Of a stretch of 64,000 bases of DNA, positions 26,220-39,554 are shown in pieces. A model generated the notes under the pieces. That model ran no database searches and was not told where the DNA came from. It was given only the letters and a program-made list of their open reading frames with translations. How positions within the stretch are numbered: the first letter of the stretch is position 1; the number at the start of each line of letters is the position of its first letter. Position numbers and translations under genes: made by a program. Where the stretch lies: positions 41,106,001 through 41,170,000 of the forward strand of contig OX597831.1 in the NCBI GenBank assembly GCA_951406725.2. Direction: 5' to 3'. This DNA comes from Octopus vulgaris. Its lineage: Eukaryota.

Positions 26220-26570
26220 GATGTGTCTTTGTGTCTGTGTTTCTCTCCCCACCATCGCTTGACAACCGATGCTGGTGTGTTTATGTCCCCGAAACTTAGC
26301 GGTTCGGCAAAAGCAACCGATAGAATAAGTGCTAAGCTTACAAAGAATAGATCCTGATAGCGATTTCTTCGACTAAAGGCGGTGCTCCAACGTGGCCACA
26401 GTCAAATGACTGAAACGTGTAAAAGAGATATAACAGGCTTCCAGACAGTTTCCGTTTATGAAATTCACTCACAAGGCACTGGTCGGTGTCGGGGTTACAG
26501 TGGGACTGAACCTGCCGAAAACTAAGTAGCTGCAATGCGAGCTTCTTGTCCACACAACCATTCCTGCGTC
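26220..26570. mobile_element. SINE family A 3' half (+) and partial 5' half (-)
   Basis: CCATCGCTTGACAACCGATGCTGG...GACTGAAAC; then CACTCACAAGGC...GTGGGACTGAACC. Confidence 0.8.
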
Positions 26571-27075
26571 TTTACATATACTCTCTTCAAAAATTTCTCT
26601 ATTTCGCTCTACATGCTCACTCTGTTTATATATTCCAACTCATCTCGCTGTCTGTCAATTAAACGTGTCAGTTCTGAGACAGCCAAACATGTTTGATTAG
26701 AAAGCGGGAAGAGGAACTGTTTCCAGTTTTGTTTACATGGAGTCAAAATGGCTGCCCGACTATTGCGTTGTGATTGGCTCTAATAAAACCGCTGAAACAA
26801 TAATACATTTCCTGTTATACGAGGGATGCATGATAAAGAATATCATATACTCTCTGTGTAAATTCTTTAAAAAAAAGGGAACTACTCGCTGTTGTAAAAC
26901 TATATAGCATTTCTTAGACATTGGATTGTGGCCATGCTGGAACATCGCCTTGAAAGGATTTAGTCTCCTTCTTATTTTATTAGTATCTGTTGCTAAACAA
27001 CTAAACAACTAAGTTACGAGGACGTAAGCAAACCAACACCAATTGTCATGTGGGGCACAAACGCAAAGGCATGCA

Positions 27076-27122
<47 letters not shown>

Positions 27123-27144
27123 CGTATATATGTATATATATGTG

Positions 27145-27200
<56 letters not shown>

Positions 27201-27208
27201 TATGTATG

Positions 27209-27254
<46 letters not shown>

Positions 27255-27260
<6 letters not shown>

Positions 27261-27780
27261 TAAATGAAATAAAACATATACATATATATAAACATATATG
27301 TACGTACCTACCTCTACATGTACATATACACACATATATGAGTACAGGACACCAAAGGGACGTCGAACACAAAGAGAAACGAAAACAGACACAAACCAAA
27401 GGAACTGGACATTTTTTAAAAAACAACAAAAAATGGAGTACAGGACAATTAACACAAAGAAAAAAACCCTTCTTCAGTCGCTATGGTTTCATCTAATCTA
27501 CGTTTCGAAGGATAAAAGCGAGACGTATCTTCGACAAGAAACTTTTCCTTCCTGCGAAAAGCAAATCAATTAAAATTCTGAGATCTTTTCGCAGAGGGGT
27601 AAAAAATGGTTAAAAAAATGGTAAAAAAACAGGACAGTAACGACAGTACAAAAATATAAACAGTAAAAGACAGGACAGGGAAAAACAAGATAAGAAGGGC
27701 TGTTGACGCCGAACGAAAAAAGTATTGCAAACGCAGAATTTTTTGTGAACGACAGGGGAGCAGGAAGAATGTCGTCCAGA
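27255..27780 (-). repeat. Repeat family Y, long copy bounded by (TA)n
   Basis: Colinear with 32378-32835; conserved CCCTTCTTCAG and GTTTCGAAGG motifs. Confidence 0.75.
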
Positions 27781-27788
27781 TATGTATG

Positions 27789-27946
<158 letters not shown>

Positions 27947-28039
27947 TATTAGAGACAAAACCACTATTTTGCAAAACAAACAAGGAATAATCCTAAATCT
28001 GATTTTTCCCTGTAAATTTGGATTTATTCCCTAATATAT

Positions 28040-28088
<49 letters not shown>

Positions 28089-28140
28089 TACATATATATA
28101 TATACATATACAGGATAAGAAAATGGAGAAATACATCTAA

Positions 28141-28185
<45 letters not shown>

Positions 28186-28571
28186 CAGATGTGTGTGTAT
28201 TCGCTTTTCGCATGAAAACGGCTTCACCAATTACTTCCATATTTGTAATGCATGAATAATTTGACCTCGGACAAATGTTAGGCTCTTCATTTGACTTTTT
28301 TTTTTATTGAAAATAAATAATATTGCTTTATATTTATGATTCATTTCTTTAAAAAGATTTCTCGGTGTCAACTTCCGGTATTGACGTGAAAACGGCGAGG
28401 TTCCTCACTCTCTATGTTAAATGTTCGCTATTTGTAAACAACTACGAAAGAAATATTTACGTAGTTCACAAATTCAAATATTCGTTACAAGATACTTTTT
28501 AACGTGCTTTTTATTCATACGAATTTTTCATTCCATGTTTATCCGATTCATTGTTTGCAATATGTTCTCTC

Positions 28572-28641
<70 letters not shown>

Positions 28642-29100
28642 TCCAGGTTTTATTTCGTTCTGAACTCGCACACTTCGTTAATTTCCATAAAAAAAACTCT
28701 CATTTATTTTCTCTTTGTACGCCATGTTCAGCTCTATGTATTTGTAGTCAGTCACACACGCCACGTGTGTTTTTGTATGTACGTTTGTATAAATTTATGT
28801 ATGCGTGTGTGTCTGTGTGTGTGTCTGTGTTTGTGAGTGTAAGGGTGTGTTGTCATGTAGACGTACCTACATAAATACATATGCATACATCTTTTTTCTA
28901 TGTATGTGTGAGAGAGAGTAATGTCTAAGTGGCTCTCTCTATTTCTTACTCACACACACACGCACACATACGTGCAAGAAAGATGTATGCTTATTTATTT
29001 ATGTATGTATGTATACATGACAACACACTCCTTCACTCGCTCTTTCTCACACACACACACACACACTATCATCTGATATTTGATACTGCATGTATATGTA

Positions 29101-29161
<61 letters not shown>

Positions 29162-29199
29162 GTGCGTGCGTGCGTGCGTGTGCGTGCAGCTTTCCACGA

Positions 29200-29610
29200 T
29201 CGCCAGAAAAAAGCAGAGGAATTTTCTTTCTTGATGCTCCTGGTGGTACAGGTAAAACATTTGTAACATTGCTTTTCTTCAAGGTAAGGTAGCAAAAAAT
29301 AATTGCAGATGCTGTACCATCGTCTGGCGTTGCTGCCATCATTCTCCTAGGGGGACAAACAGCTTATTCTGCTTTTAAATTACCACTAAACCTGGTCACA
29401 AATGACAGTCCAATTTGTAACATAAGCAAAGATTCAGGTTCATCAGAAGTGTTGTGCCAATGCCACCTTATTTCGGATGAATGCTCCATGTCACATAGAG
29501 ATGCAATGGAAGCTCTTGGTAAGACCTTACAGGACATCAGAGGCAACACTAAATCTATGGGAGGAGTTACATTAGTTTTATCGGGAGACTTCAGACAGAC
29601 ATTAGAATAA
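29200..29610 (+). pseudogene. Helitron RepHel PIF1-like helicase fragment
   Basis: FFLDAPGGTGKTF (Walker A)...SSGVAA..L.GG.TA.S.FKLPL...DECSM (Walker B)...LQDIRGN...MGG...VLSGDFRQTL; in-frame TAG at 29290-29292. Confidence 0.93.
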
Positions 29611-29697
29611 CAAATTTCTATACAACATATTTTGCTTTTTTCTTCCGATATATATGGAAAAAATTTAATTCCTGGGCAACGCCGGGTGACTCTGCAA

Positions 29698-29699
<2 letters not shown>
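29611..29699 (+). mobile_element. Helitron 3' terminus
   Basis: CCTGGGCAACGCCGGG hairpin followed by CAAG|T (degenerate CTAG), just after the helicase fragment. Confidence 0.7.
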
Positions 29700-29765
<66 letters not shown>

Positions 29766-29769
29766 TATA

Positions 29770-29960
29770 TAGGGAGAATTTACGAAAAAAACAAAAGACG
29801 GAGACAGGTGGTGTACAAAACAAACAGATGTATTAGTATAACGCTCAGGAATAGAAAAAGTCTTTTACGTTTCGAGCCTACGCTCTTCTACAGAAAGGGA
29901 CACAGAAAAAAACAAGGAGAGAAAAAAATGTGTGTAGTGGCTAACGATCTCTCATGGCGT
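29770..29960 (-). mobile_element. Repeat family W with hammerhead-like motif (29861-29898)
   Basis: Reverse complement CCTTT-CTGTAGA-A-GAGC-GTAG-GCTC-GAAAC-GTA-AAAGA. Confidence 0.6.
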
Positions 29961-30200
29961 ATATAGGTTGAAAATGCACTACGTTTTTTTAATTTCTAGA
30001 GACTTAACCGATTTCAAACATTTTCTCTGATTTCCTAAAGTTGAGATAGAAAGACGTGGTGCTGTGCAAGACAGTTGCAGCATAACGCCACATGTTTATA
30101 TCTCAACTTTTTAAAATTAGAGAAATCTGTGAAACCGGTTAGGTCTTAAAAAATTCGAAAATAAAAAAAATGTAAACGAATCTCTGTGAATGTGGATACA

Positions 30201-30232
<32 letters not shown>

Positions 30233-30256
30233 CATATATATGTGTGTGTGTGTGTG

Positions 30257-30576
30257 TATAAATGTAAGATCTAAGGATCGAGGTGTAGGAAGAAGGTGAG
30301 CTTCAAGCAATCTGTAGAAGATATAAAAAACAACTTTCAGGGACAATTGTGGTTTACTGAGGCGGAAGGTTGTGGATTTTTTCGTATCTCTACACATTCT
30401 GATCGAATTTTCCATCTGTACCTCCTAACAACAATATAATCTTCATTTAATCAAGATATCCTTGGCTTGAAGAGTAACCTACAGTATACACCTCGCTTGG
30501 ATATTTACCACTTCCAAGGTTCTGCTCGCAATGAAACCTATGTAACCCGGATCTTATCTACTCCATTCCTTAACTC

Positions 30577-30629
<53 letters not shown>

Positions 30630-31821
30630 TGTGTGTATGTGTACGATAGGCTTCCACGCAGTTTCTCTCAAGCAAATTCACCCAGAAGCCACTGGTCATT
30701 CTGGAATTGTAGTAAAAGACACTCGCCCAAGTTGCCGCGACGTGGAACTGAACCCGAAACCACATGGTTGCAAACTGAGTTTCTTAACCATACAACGTTA
30801 AAAAACTCAGTTTTGCAACCAGTTGGTTCTTGTGTAAAAAAAATAAAAAATAAAAACAAGGCGCAGGAGTGGCTGTGTGGTAAGTAGCTTGCTAACCAAC
30901 CACATGGTTCCAGGTTCAGTCCCACTGCGTGGCATCTTGGGCAAGTGTCTTCTGCTATAGCCCCGGGCCGACCAATGCCTTGTGAGTGGATTTGGTAGAC
31001 GGAAACTGAAAGAAGCCTGACGTATATATGTATATATATATATGTGTGTGTGTATGTGTTTGTGTGTCTGTGTTTGTCCCCCTAGCATTGCTTGACAACC
31101 GATGCTGGTGTGTTTACGTCCCCGTCACTTAGCGGTTCGGCAAAAAGAGACCGATAGAATAAGTACTGGGCTTACAAAGAATAAGTCCCGGGGTCGATTT
31201 GCTCGACTAAAAGGCGGTGCTCCAGCATGGCCGCAGTCAAATGACTGAAACAAGTAAAAAGAGTAAAAGAGTAAAGAGAGTAAGAATGAAAGAAAATCAT
31301 GAAACTGAGCGAGTGTAACGACAAAAAAACTTCCCAGGCCCAAAAAACGAAACCCGTCGAATACTGTAAATGAATATTGTAAACAATTTCTTATTGTTAC
31401 ATCAGCAACCTTCAGGCTTTAGTATAAATAAGTCTTTGTTTTCAAATGGGTATTACTGAATATCAAAACAAATCCGGGCCAGATTTTATCACGATACAAC
31501 AAGAGAAGAGTTATGAAGAAAAACAGCTCCGGTGGCTAAAATTTCTAAGAACTTTGAAGAACGCATAATGTGGTAGGGGCGGAGTGTCACACAGTTCGCT
31601 TCTTGTATTTGTCACTCCTCTTACATCACTTCGGTGCCTTCCTAGTCCCAAGTAATCATAGAACTAACAGTGGGGCTAGTATTTCATAATATTATGATAC
31701 TGAGTCTTGTTGAAACACATACGGCATTCCACCGTTTGTGTGTGAGTACGTATTTATGCATACATATATAAATCCATTTTTTGTATTCCATTTTTTGTAC
31801 ATACATAAATATATACATACA

Positions 31822-31857
<36 letters not shown>

Positions 31858-31860
31858 TAC

Positions 31861-31894
<34 letters not shown>

Positions 31895-32035
31895 ATAAAT
31901 GTAAGATCTAAGGATCGAGGTGTAGGAAGAAGGTGAGCTTCAAGCAATCCGTAGAAGATATAAAAAACAACTTTCAGGGATAATTGTGGCTTACTGAGGC
32001 AGAAGGTTGTGGATTTTTTCGTATCTCTACACATT
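30257..32035. repeat. 142-bp direct repeat pair (30257-30398 and 31894-32035)
   Basis: 4 substitutions by manual comparison; both follow similar (TACA)n(TA)n(TG)n tracts. Confidence 0.9.
30860..31275 (+). mobile_element. SINE family A, full length, well preserved
   Basis: GGCGCAGGAGTGGCTGTGTGGTAAG...GGTTCAGTCCC...GACTGAAACAAGTAAAAAGAGTAAAAGAG; older antisense 5' half at 30645-30795. Confidence 0.92.
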
Positions 32036-32094
32036 ACATACATGCATACATACATACATACATACATACATACATACATACATACATACATACA

Positions 32095-32126
<32 letters not shown>

Positions 32127-32132
32127 CACACG

Positions 32133-32356
32133 CACGAGGGGTGCTGAAAGAAAAGTTCCTGGCTTTGGGTAAAAGAAGACACAGGAGGATCAGTCAATTA
32201 TGATTTTATTCAACATTTTCCCCTCTTAGATTCACACAGTCATTGCAGCGGTCCTTCAGTTTTTCTGAGCCCTGTAAAAGGACCCGGAAGATTAGGCCTC
32301 CAACTAGGCCTTTCACGACACCCTTAAAGCCATGAACTTTTCAGCACTCCCTAGTG
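32133..32356. mobile_element. Mariner-type MITE
   Basis: TIRs CACGAGGGGTGCTGAAAG...AGTTCCTGGCTTT and AAAGCCATGAACTTTTCAGCACTCCCTAGTG. Confidence 0.7.
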
Positions 32357-32377
32357 TGTGTTTTGTATATATATATA

Positions 32378-32835
32378 TATAATAACAATTTAATAAATAA
32401 AACATATGCATACATACATACATATATGTACATACCTACATCTATATGTATATATACATGTATATATGAGTACAGGACACCACAAATAAACGTAGAACAC
32501 AACGAGAAACGAAAACATAAAATCAGACAAGCAAACGGACTTTTTTTTAACAACGAAAAAACAGAATACAAGACAAACAATACAAGGAACATTCCCCTTC
32601 TTCAGCTGCCCCTGTTTCGACTCAATGCGTGTTTCGAAGGTAAGGGCAGAACACGGCCACGCCGAAGCAGTCCTTCCCGCAAAATGTATTGAATAAAAAT
32701 TTTTGGGGGAGTGGTAAAAAAAAGGGACAAGAACAGGACGTAAAAGCAATCCAAATGAAGAAAGAAACAGTACAAATAAAGATAAAAACAGTAAAAGACA
32801 GGTCAAGGAAACCAACAATAAGGGTTTTTTTTAAG
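32378..32835 (-). repeat. Repeat family Y, long copy
   Basis: Colinear with 27255-27780. Confidence 0.75.
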
Positions 32836-33209
32836 CCTAGACGGTGGAAAAATTCGTTAGAACGCATTCTGAAGATGTATGCATGTATGTATGTATGTAT
32901 GTATGTATGTATGTATGTATGTATGTATGCATACATGTTTTGTATTTGTTTTTCAATTCAAGATTGCTGATGTGAAATTGTGCATTGAAACAGATGCTGT
33001 TGTATTTCGGCATGGTCATGACTGGAATGACTGAAACAAGTAAAAGAGTAAAAGAGAGAGAGCAAGCATTACAAGTACTTATGACTCAATCCTCTTAGAT
33101 GATGATTTAAAACTTCTTAATATATTGGAGAGGGGTTAATTAACCAGGGTGGGGGAAATTTCCTAGGGAGTAATTGTCCTGATACGGTCAAAGCCGCCGC
33201 CTGTGAGCC

Positions 33210-33775
33210 ACTAGCATTAACACAAGACTGGTAGCGAAAAGCGGACAAGAAGTGGGGCTGAAATTTTCAGAAAATGATGCCAAACTTCGCTAAGGCTAGA
33301 CATGGTGCGGATCTTGGAAGTGTGTGGGTAAATGATTTTATTAGAATTATAAATTATCTTGGAGGACTGATTGTACTGAGAATCCCAACGCGTGGCAGAC
33401 ATAGAAATATACTGAGCAGGTAGAAGTATTCCGAGACAACTGGCGGTAAGGAAGTCGTGATTCCATTGGTGTGGCATTACGGTGGATTGCAAACTAGCTC
33501 CCGTGTAGAGCATACAAAATGTTAGTGTATCACAGAGGTCAGTTGGTGCAAAACCATCAAGATGGCTACAGGAACAACAGAGAGCGTTCTGAAATGGGTG
33601 CGTGCCGAGCCAGGGGCTAGGGTAGGAGACACAGACAGGGGTAAGATTAACAACGGTTGGGTTGCTTGGTTGCTGAAAAGTTAGGAAATACTCAATGACC
33701 TCTTGTTGATGTCATTAATGAGGTACCCAGAGTACTCAGGCACATCACAAGATGTTGAATAAGAAACACTCTGAG
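33210..33775 (-). pseudogene. Highly degenerate Penelope-like (Naiad-type) linker/endonuclease fragment
   Basis: SVSYSTS...LINDINKRSL resembles KVSYS...II..HNK..L; later CSC, YTGA and WNH motifs occur in the expected order, with frameshifts. Confidence 0.35.
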
Positions 33776-34410
33776 TGTGTGTTTGTGTGTGTGTGCGCGT
33801 GCGTTCGTGTGTATGTGCTTTTGCATGTATGTTTATATGTATGTTTCTATGCAATATATATATATATATATACATATATACATATGCATACATGTATATA
33901 TAAATACATACACACACGCACATATACATATACGCGCGCGAGTGTGTGCGTGTGCATAGACTTGTGTGTGCGCGTGCGAGAGAAAGACAGTAATGTACAG
34001 AGTACATATTTCTTTTCATTCTACAAAGGTGAGGAAAATTTCTAAAGAAATTAATTTAGATTATTTATTCGTGTGTTTATTTAATTATATGGAAATCACT
34101 CTTTCATCGTGTGTTCTCTCACTCACACACATAAACACACACACACACACACACTCTCTTTTGCTCTTTCTCTCTCTTCCTCTCTTCCTTTCTTTCTTTC
34201 TTGCTGTCTATTTCTCTTTCTCATTCTCGCTCTTCAAAAATTCTTTCACATCGTGCTAATGCTCTTCTTTTGTTATGCATGTGTGTATGTGTGTATGTAT
34301 GTATGTATGTATGTATGTATGTATGTATGTATGTACACATGTATGTACGTATGCGTGTATGCATGTATGTGTGGCTAAATGGATGGATGTTTGCATTTGC
34401 GTGTATGTGC

Positions 34411-34486
<76 letters not shown>

Positions 34487-34640
34487 ATATACATATGCAT
34501 TTATGTATGCTTATGTATGCAATTATGTGTATATATGAATGTATGCATTTATATTTAAACATGCGTGTTACATAAAAATTGTATGCATGCGCTTATGTAC
34601 ATGTTCTATGTGTGTGTGTGTGTATGTGTGTGTAGTATGC

Positions 34641-34674
<34 letters not shown>

Positions 34675-34841
34675 CACGCACTGATGCACAGACACACAGA
34701 CACACACACACACGCGCATATATATATTTATGTATATGTATGTATGTTTGCATAAGTATGTGGCGTGTATATATATGTATATATCGTATGTACACAGACA
34801 CTGCGCACACACACGCACACACGCACGCACGCACGCACACG

Positions 34842-34885
<44 letters not shown>

Positions 34886-35184
34886 TTTGTTTCGATGTGA
34901 CTGCCTATCGGCACCATTTTCTGATGCTCTGGTACACCTTTTCCTTTTGTCTGTCTGTCTGTTTGTCTCACTCTCATTTCTCTCTCAACTCACACACTCC
35001 CCCTCCGATCTCTCTCTTTCTCTCTCACTCTTTCTTTCTCTATTTGTCTTCTCTCCACCCCCTCTCTCTCTCTCTCTCTCTTTCTCACTCTTATTATAAT
35101 CAATATCCGTTCTAATGCAAACCAACCAAATCAACACCCACCTCCAGTTCCTGGAGTGCCAAATCATGCAACTCTAAGAGTACA

Positions 35185-35653
35185 CCATTCTTATTCTTAT
35201 TCTTATTCTCCTCCTCGTCCTCCTCCTCCTCCTCCTCCTCCTTCTTCTTCTTCTTCTTCTTTTTCTTCTTCTTATTCATCTTGTTGATCATCATGATCAT
35301 CATCATTTCTCCTCCTCCTCCTTCTTCTTCTTCTTCATCATCTTCTTCTTCATCATCATCATCTGTTTCATCTTCATCAGCATCATTCCTTCTCCTCCTC
35401 CTCCTTCTTCTTCTTCTTCTTCTTCTTCTTCTTCTTCTTCTTCTTTTTCTTCTTCTTCTTCTTCTTCGTCTTCTCTTTCATTCTCATCATCATCATCATC
35501 ATCATCATCTATTTTATGATCATGATCATAATCATCATCTCTTCTTCTTCATCATCATCATCTCTTTCCTCTCCTTCTTCTTCTTCTTCTCCTCCTTCTC
35601 CTAATCGTCATCATCATCATCTTTCTTCTTTTTCTTCTTGTTTTCTTCTTTCT

Positions 35654-35703
<50 letters not shown>

Positions 35704-35705
35704 CT
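35185..35705. repeat. (TTC/TCC/ATC/CTA)n trinucleotide mosaic
   Basis: Direct inspection. Confidence 0.9.
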
Positions 35706-35737
35706 TCCGTTTTCTGTTTTTCTTGTACTTCTTCCCC

Positions 35738-35789
<52 letters not shown>

Positions 35790-36006
35790 TTTATAGTTTT
35801 TATTGTTATTTCGTTTCCTTTCTTTCTCCAGTTTCGTCTTCCCTATTCTCTTATATCTTTCTCACCAACTTTAATGTAGATATGTATACATCATATATGT
35901 ACATTTACATATGTAAATATACAAACAGACAGATACGGGGCGAGACATACTCACACATCCATATATATATATATAAACATAGATTCACACAAATACACAT
36001 ACACAT

Positions 36007-36118
<112 letters not shown>

Positions 36119-36249
36119 CTGTATTCGAATTAGTACACTATACTTTAGGAGCGAAATCTACGACTATTGGTGTTTTGTACAAGTAGCAGACATTCCATAC
36201 AATATGTCCCTGGTGTTTCCTTAATCTCTCCTCTCTCTCGCTCTCCCTT

Positions 36250-36457
36250 TATCTATTTATCTCTGTCTATGTACGTATCCATCTGCCTATTTGTTTCTAT
36301 CTATCTTGCTATCTCTGTATCTATCTGACTATCTATATGTATATCAATCAATCAATCATATCTCTCTATCAATCTATATGCCTGTTATCTATCTATGTCA
36401 GACTGTCTGTCTGTCTCTGTCTATCTAACTATTTATCTATCTGTCTGTCTGTCTCTG

Positions 36458-36520
<63 letters not shown>

Positions 36521-36809
36521 GTCAATCAATCTATCCATCTTTCTCTATCAATCTATCTATCTATCAACATATCTATCAATCTATTCTCTCTCTCTATCTA
36601 TCTATCTATCTTTCTGTCTGTATCTCTGTCTATCTATCTATCAATATATCTATCAATTTATCAATATAACAGTCTATCTATCTATTAATCTATCTGTCTG
36701 TATATCTATCTATCAATCTATCAGTTTATCAATTTGTCTGTTTATCTATCTATCTATCTATATATCTATCTAACTATCTATCAATCTATCAGTTTATCAA
36801 TTTGTCTGT

Positions 36810-36878
<69 letters not shown>

Positions 36879-37095
36879 AGTTTATCAGTCTATCTGTCTG
36901 TCTATATATCTATCTATCAATCTATCAGTCTATCAGTCAATCTGTCTGTCTATATATTTATCTATCAATCTATCAGTTTATTAGTCTATCTGTCTGTCTA
37001 TATATCTATTTATCAATCTATCAGTCTATCTGTCAGTCTATTTATCTATCTATCAATCTATCAATCTATCAATCTATCTGTCTGTCTGTCTAGCT
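36250..37095. repeat. Degenerate (TCTA)n array with a 48-bp higher-order unit near 36873-37040
   Basis: TCTATCAGTTTATCAGTCTATCTGTCTGTCTATATATCTATCTATCAA repeated about 3.5 times. Confidence 0.85.
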
Positions 37096-37771
37096 ATCCT
37101 TTAGTCTCTTAGTACTACTACTTTAGCAATCCAGCTGTGCCCGAAAAAGTAGCTTTTAGAAAATATTCTGTCCATATGTTAATTAAAATCCATTCAGGTA
37201 GCAAACCGCCTCTCTATTACAGAAGCCATTCCTGGAGATGCAAGCAGAAATGCTAACACATCCATTATGTCTTCTACATTATCTTTCGTGATCTTTTAGT
37301 TAAATCTGCACTCATAAGCGTGTGATATGCATTCCGTTTTTCTCTTTCTTTCCAATTTTTTTTATTGTGCGTACCTGTGTGTGTGCGTGCGTGTTCTCGC
37401 TGCCTGATTCAAGTAATAATATCCCCGTGTGCCAAGTACTGCAGAATTGGTAATTCTTCAAGACTTCCTAAACATGCTTTCTATTGAAGTATTTCAAAAG
37501 CAGTCCATCCAGGGCGTCTCTAACTTGGTTGTTCGACTCGCAAGTAAGAGTTGCAGAAATCGCTCTTTTTTTTACAGAAAAGAAATTACTCTTCGACAAT
37601 ATTTTGCGAGGGTGGCTTTGTTGTTAAGGAAGAAGTTCACTTCGCAATCATCTTGTCTCGGGTTCAGTGCCACTTCGCGACATCTTGTACAAGGGTCTTT
37701 TTCTATAACCCTGGAACCGAATAATGTAATGTGAGTGAATCTGATAGACCGGAACTGTGTGGAATGCCGTC

Positions 37772-37854
<83 letters not shown>

Positions 37855-37855
<1 letters not shown>

Positions 37856-38245
37856 TTTTCTACTCTAGGCACAAGACCCGAAATTTGGCGGGAGGGACCA
37901 GTCGCTTAGATCGACCCCAGTACGCAGCTGGTACTTAATTTATCGAACCCGAAAGGATGAAAGTCGACCTCGACGGAATCTGAACTCCCAACGTAAAGAC
38001 AGACGAAATACCTATTTCTTTACTACCTACAAGGGGCTAAACACAGAGAGGACAAACAAGGACAGACAAACGGATTAAGTTGATTAAATCGACCCCAGTG
38101 CGTAACTGGTACTTAATTTATCGACCCCGAAAGGATGAAAAGCAAAGTCGACCTTGGCTGAATTTGCACTCAGAACGTAGCGGCAGACGAAATACCGCTA
38201 AGCATTTCGTCCGGCGTGCTAACATTTCTGCCAGCTCGCCGCCTT
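37855..38245 (-). mobile_element. Tandem SINE family B pair (tail 1 unit then 5'-truncated tail 2 unit)
   Basis: Junction on minus strand AAAGAAATA|GGTATTTCGTC near 38012, same as near 24637. Confidence 0.85.
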
Positions 38246-38249
38246 TATC

Positions 38250-38286
<37 letters not shown>

Positions 38287-39124
38287 TATTAAGGATTCTA
38301 GAGAAAATTGGGTACTTAAATGAAATGTACTTGGTTGGGTTGAATTAACCTGTAAGCACTATCTTTAGTCGAATAAATGTACAAGGTACTGAGGTACATC
38401 CACTAAAATATTCAGGTTGCGCACACGGAGAAACCAAATACTACGAGTATTTAATGCTTAGGGGTTTGTGCAAAGCGTACGTTCTGTTGAACACACGGTG
38501 TTTTGGTATACTCTTGGATGTCCAGCAGGTCATGAATCCCTTTTAGTCTATTATAAGGAAATACATAAATAACAGACGATGTATTAAAGTCTTTCCGAAA
38601 ATAGTAGCTGAAAAGCAGGAAAAGAAAACTAAAACCAGTAGAAATGCACGAACGATTATGGTGGTGCCATGAAGTAAACATGCTTCAGATACACTCGTTT
38701 ATTCATACAAACTTAACTGAGATGAAATATGTCGTAAACAACAGTGACAAACGAAATATACACCGCCGGAAGTTGTTGTTGACAAACAACAGCAGTAATT
38801 TTATTCAGCTGAATACACGTCATTGATTGGTTGAAATTACCCAAATACGACAACTTTAACACGAAATAACTTTGAAAATGCAAACTTTTCTCAAAAACAC
38901 TAAGAGTAAAAGATGTTTTATATGACACATTCTAACAGTGTCCGAAGTCTGAAAGTGTTTAGTTACAAAAAATTAATTTGTCGATCAGCTGTTCAAGGGG
39001 TAAAGATCCGAACTCTGTAGCGTAACCTCGGGCCATCAATCATGAAAACCCCCGTAGTTTAGTATTTCTATTTCTTCTATGCATCTTGTTTCTCTACTCA
39101 ATACAGTGTATTTCTAGCCATCTA

Positions 39125-39460
39125 CTTTGCTTGTCATCCCTTCGGGATCGATAAAATAAGTAATTATGGGGCCACTGTTTTCGACTTACCCGCTCCCTCA
39201 ATATTACTGGGCTCCAGCCAAAATTTGAAACCAATACTGTACATGCGAGACGAGTGGGCAGGGTGGCAGAATCGTTAGCGTATCGGAGCCAATACTACAC
39301 GACATTCCTTCCGACTCCTTACATTATCAGCTCAAATCCCGCCAAAAGTCGACTTTGCCTTTCATCCTTTTGGCGCGAATAAAATAAACTAACACTGCAG
39401 TCCATGTAATTGACTTACTCTCTCTTCCAAAATTGCTGGTCTTTTGCCAAAATTAGAAGA
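39125..39460 (+). mobile_element. Two old SINE family B copies
   Basis: CATCCCTTCGGGATCGATAAAATAAG; TGGCAGAATCGTTAGC...GTCGACTTTGCCTTTCATCCTTT. Confidence 0.7.
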
Positions 39461-39516
39461 TTGCATCATTTTTTTCTTACGGTGTTTATATTATTTTTTT
39501 TTTTGGCTGTATCTTC

Positions 39517-39554
<38 letters not shown>

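Noticed and set aside
35112-35400. Acidic/basic ORF ending at a donor-like GAG|GTGGGT on the minus strand
   Set aside because: Mostly triplet repeat, with only about 15 unique codons and no recognisable homology.
38414-39028. Possible TIR element (AGGTTGCGC... / ...GCGTAACCT)
   Set aside because: Terminal match is short and gapped, with no TSD found.
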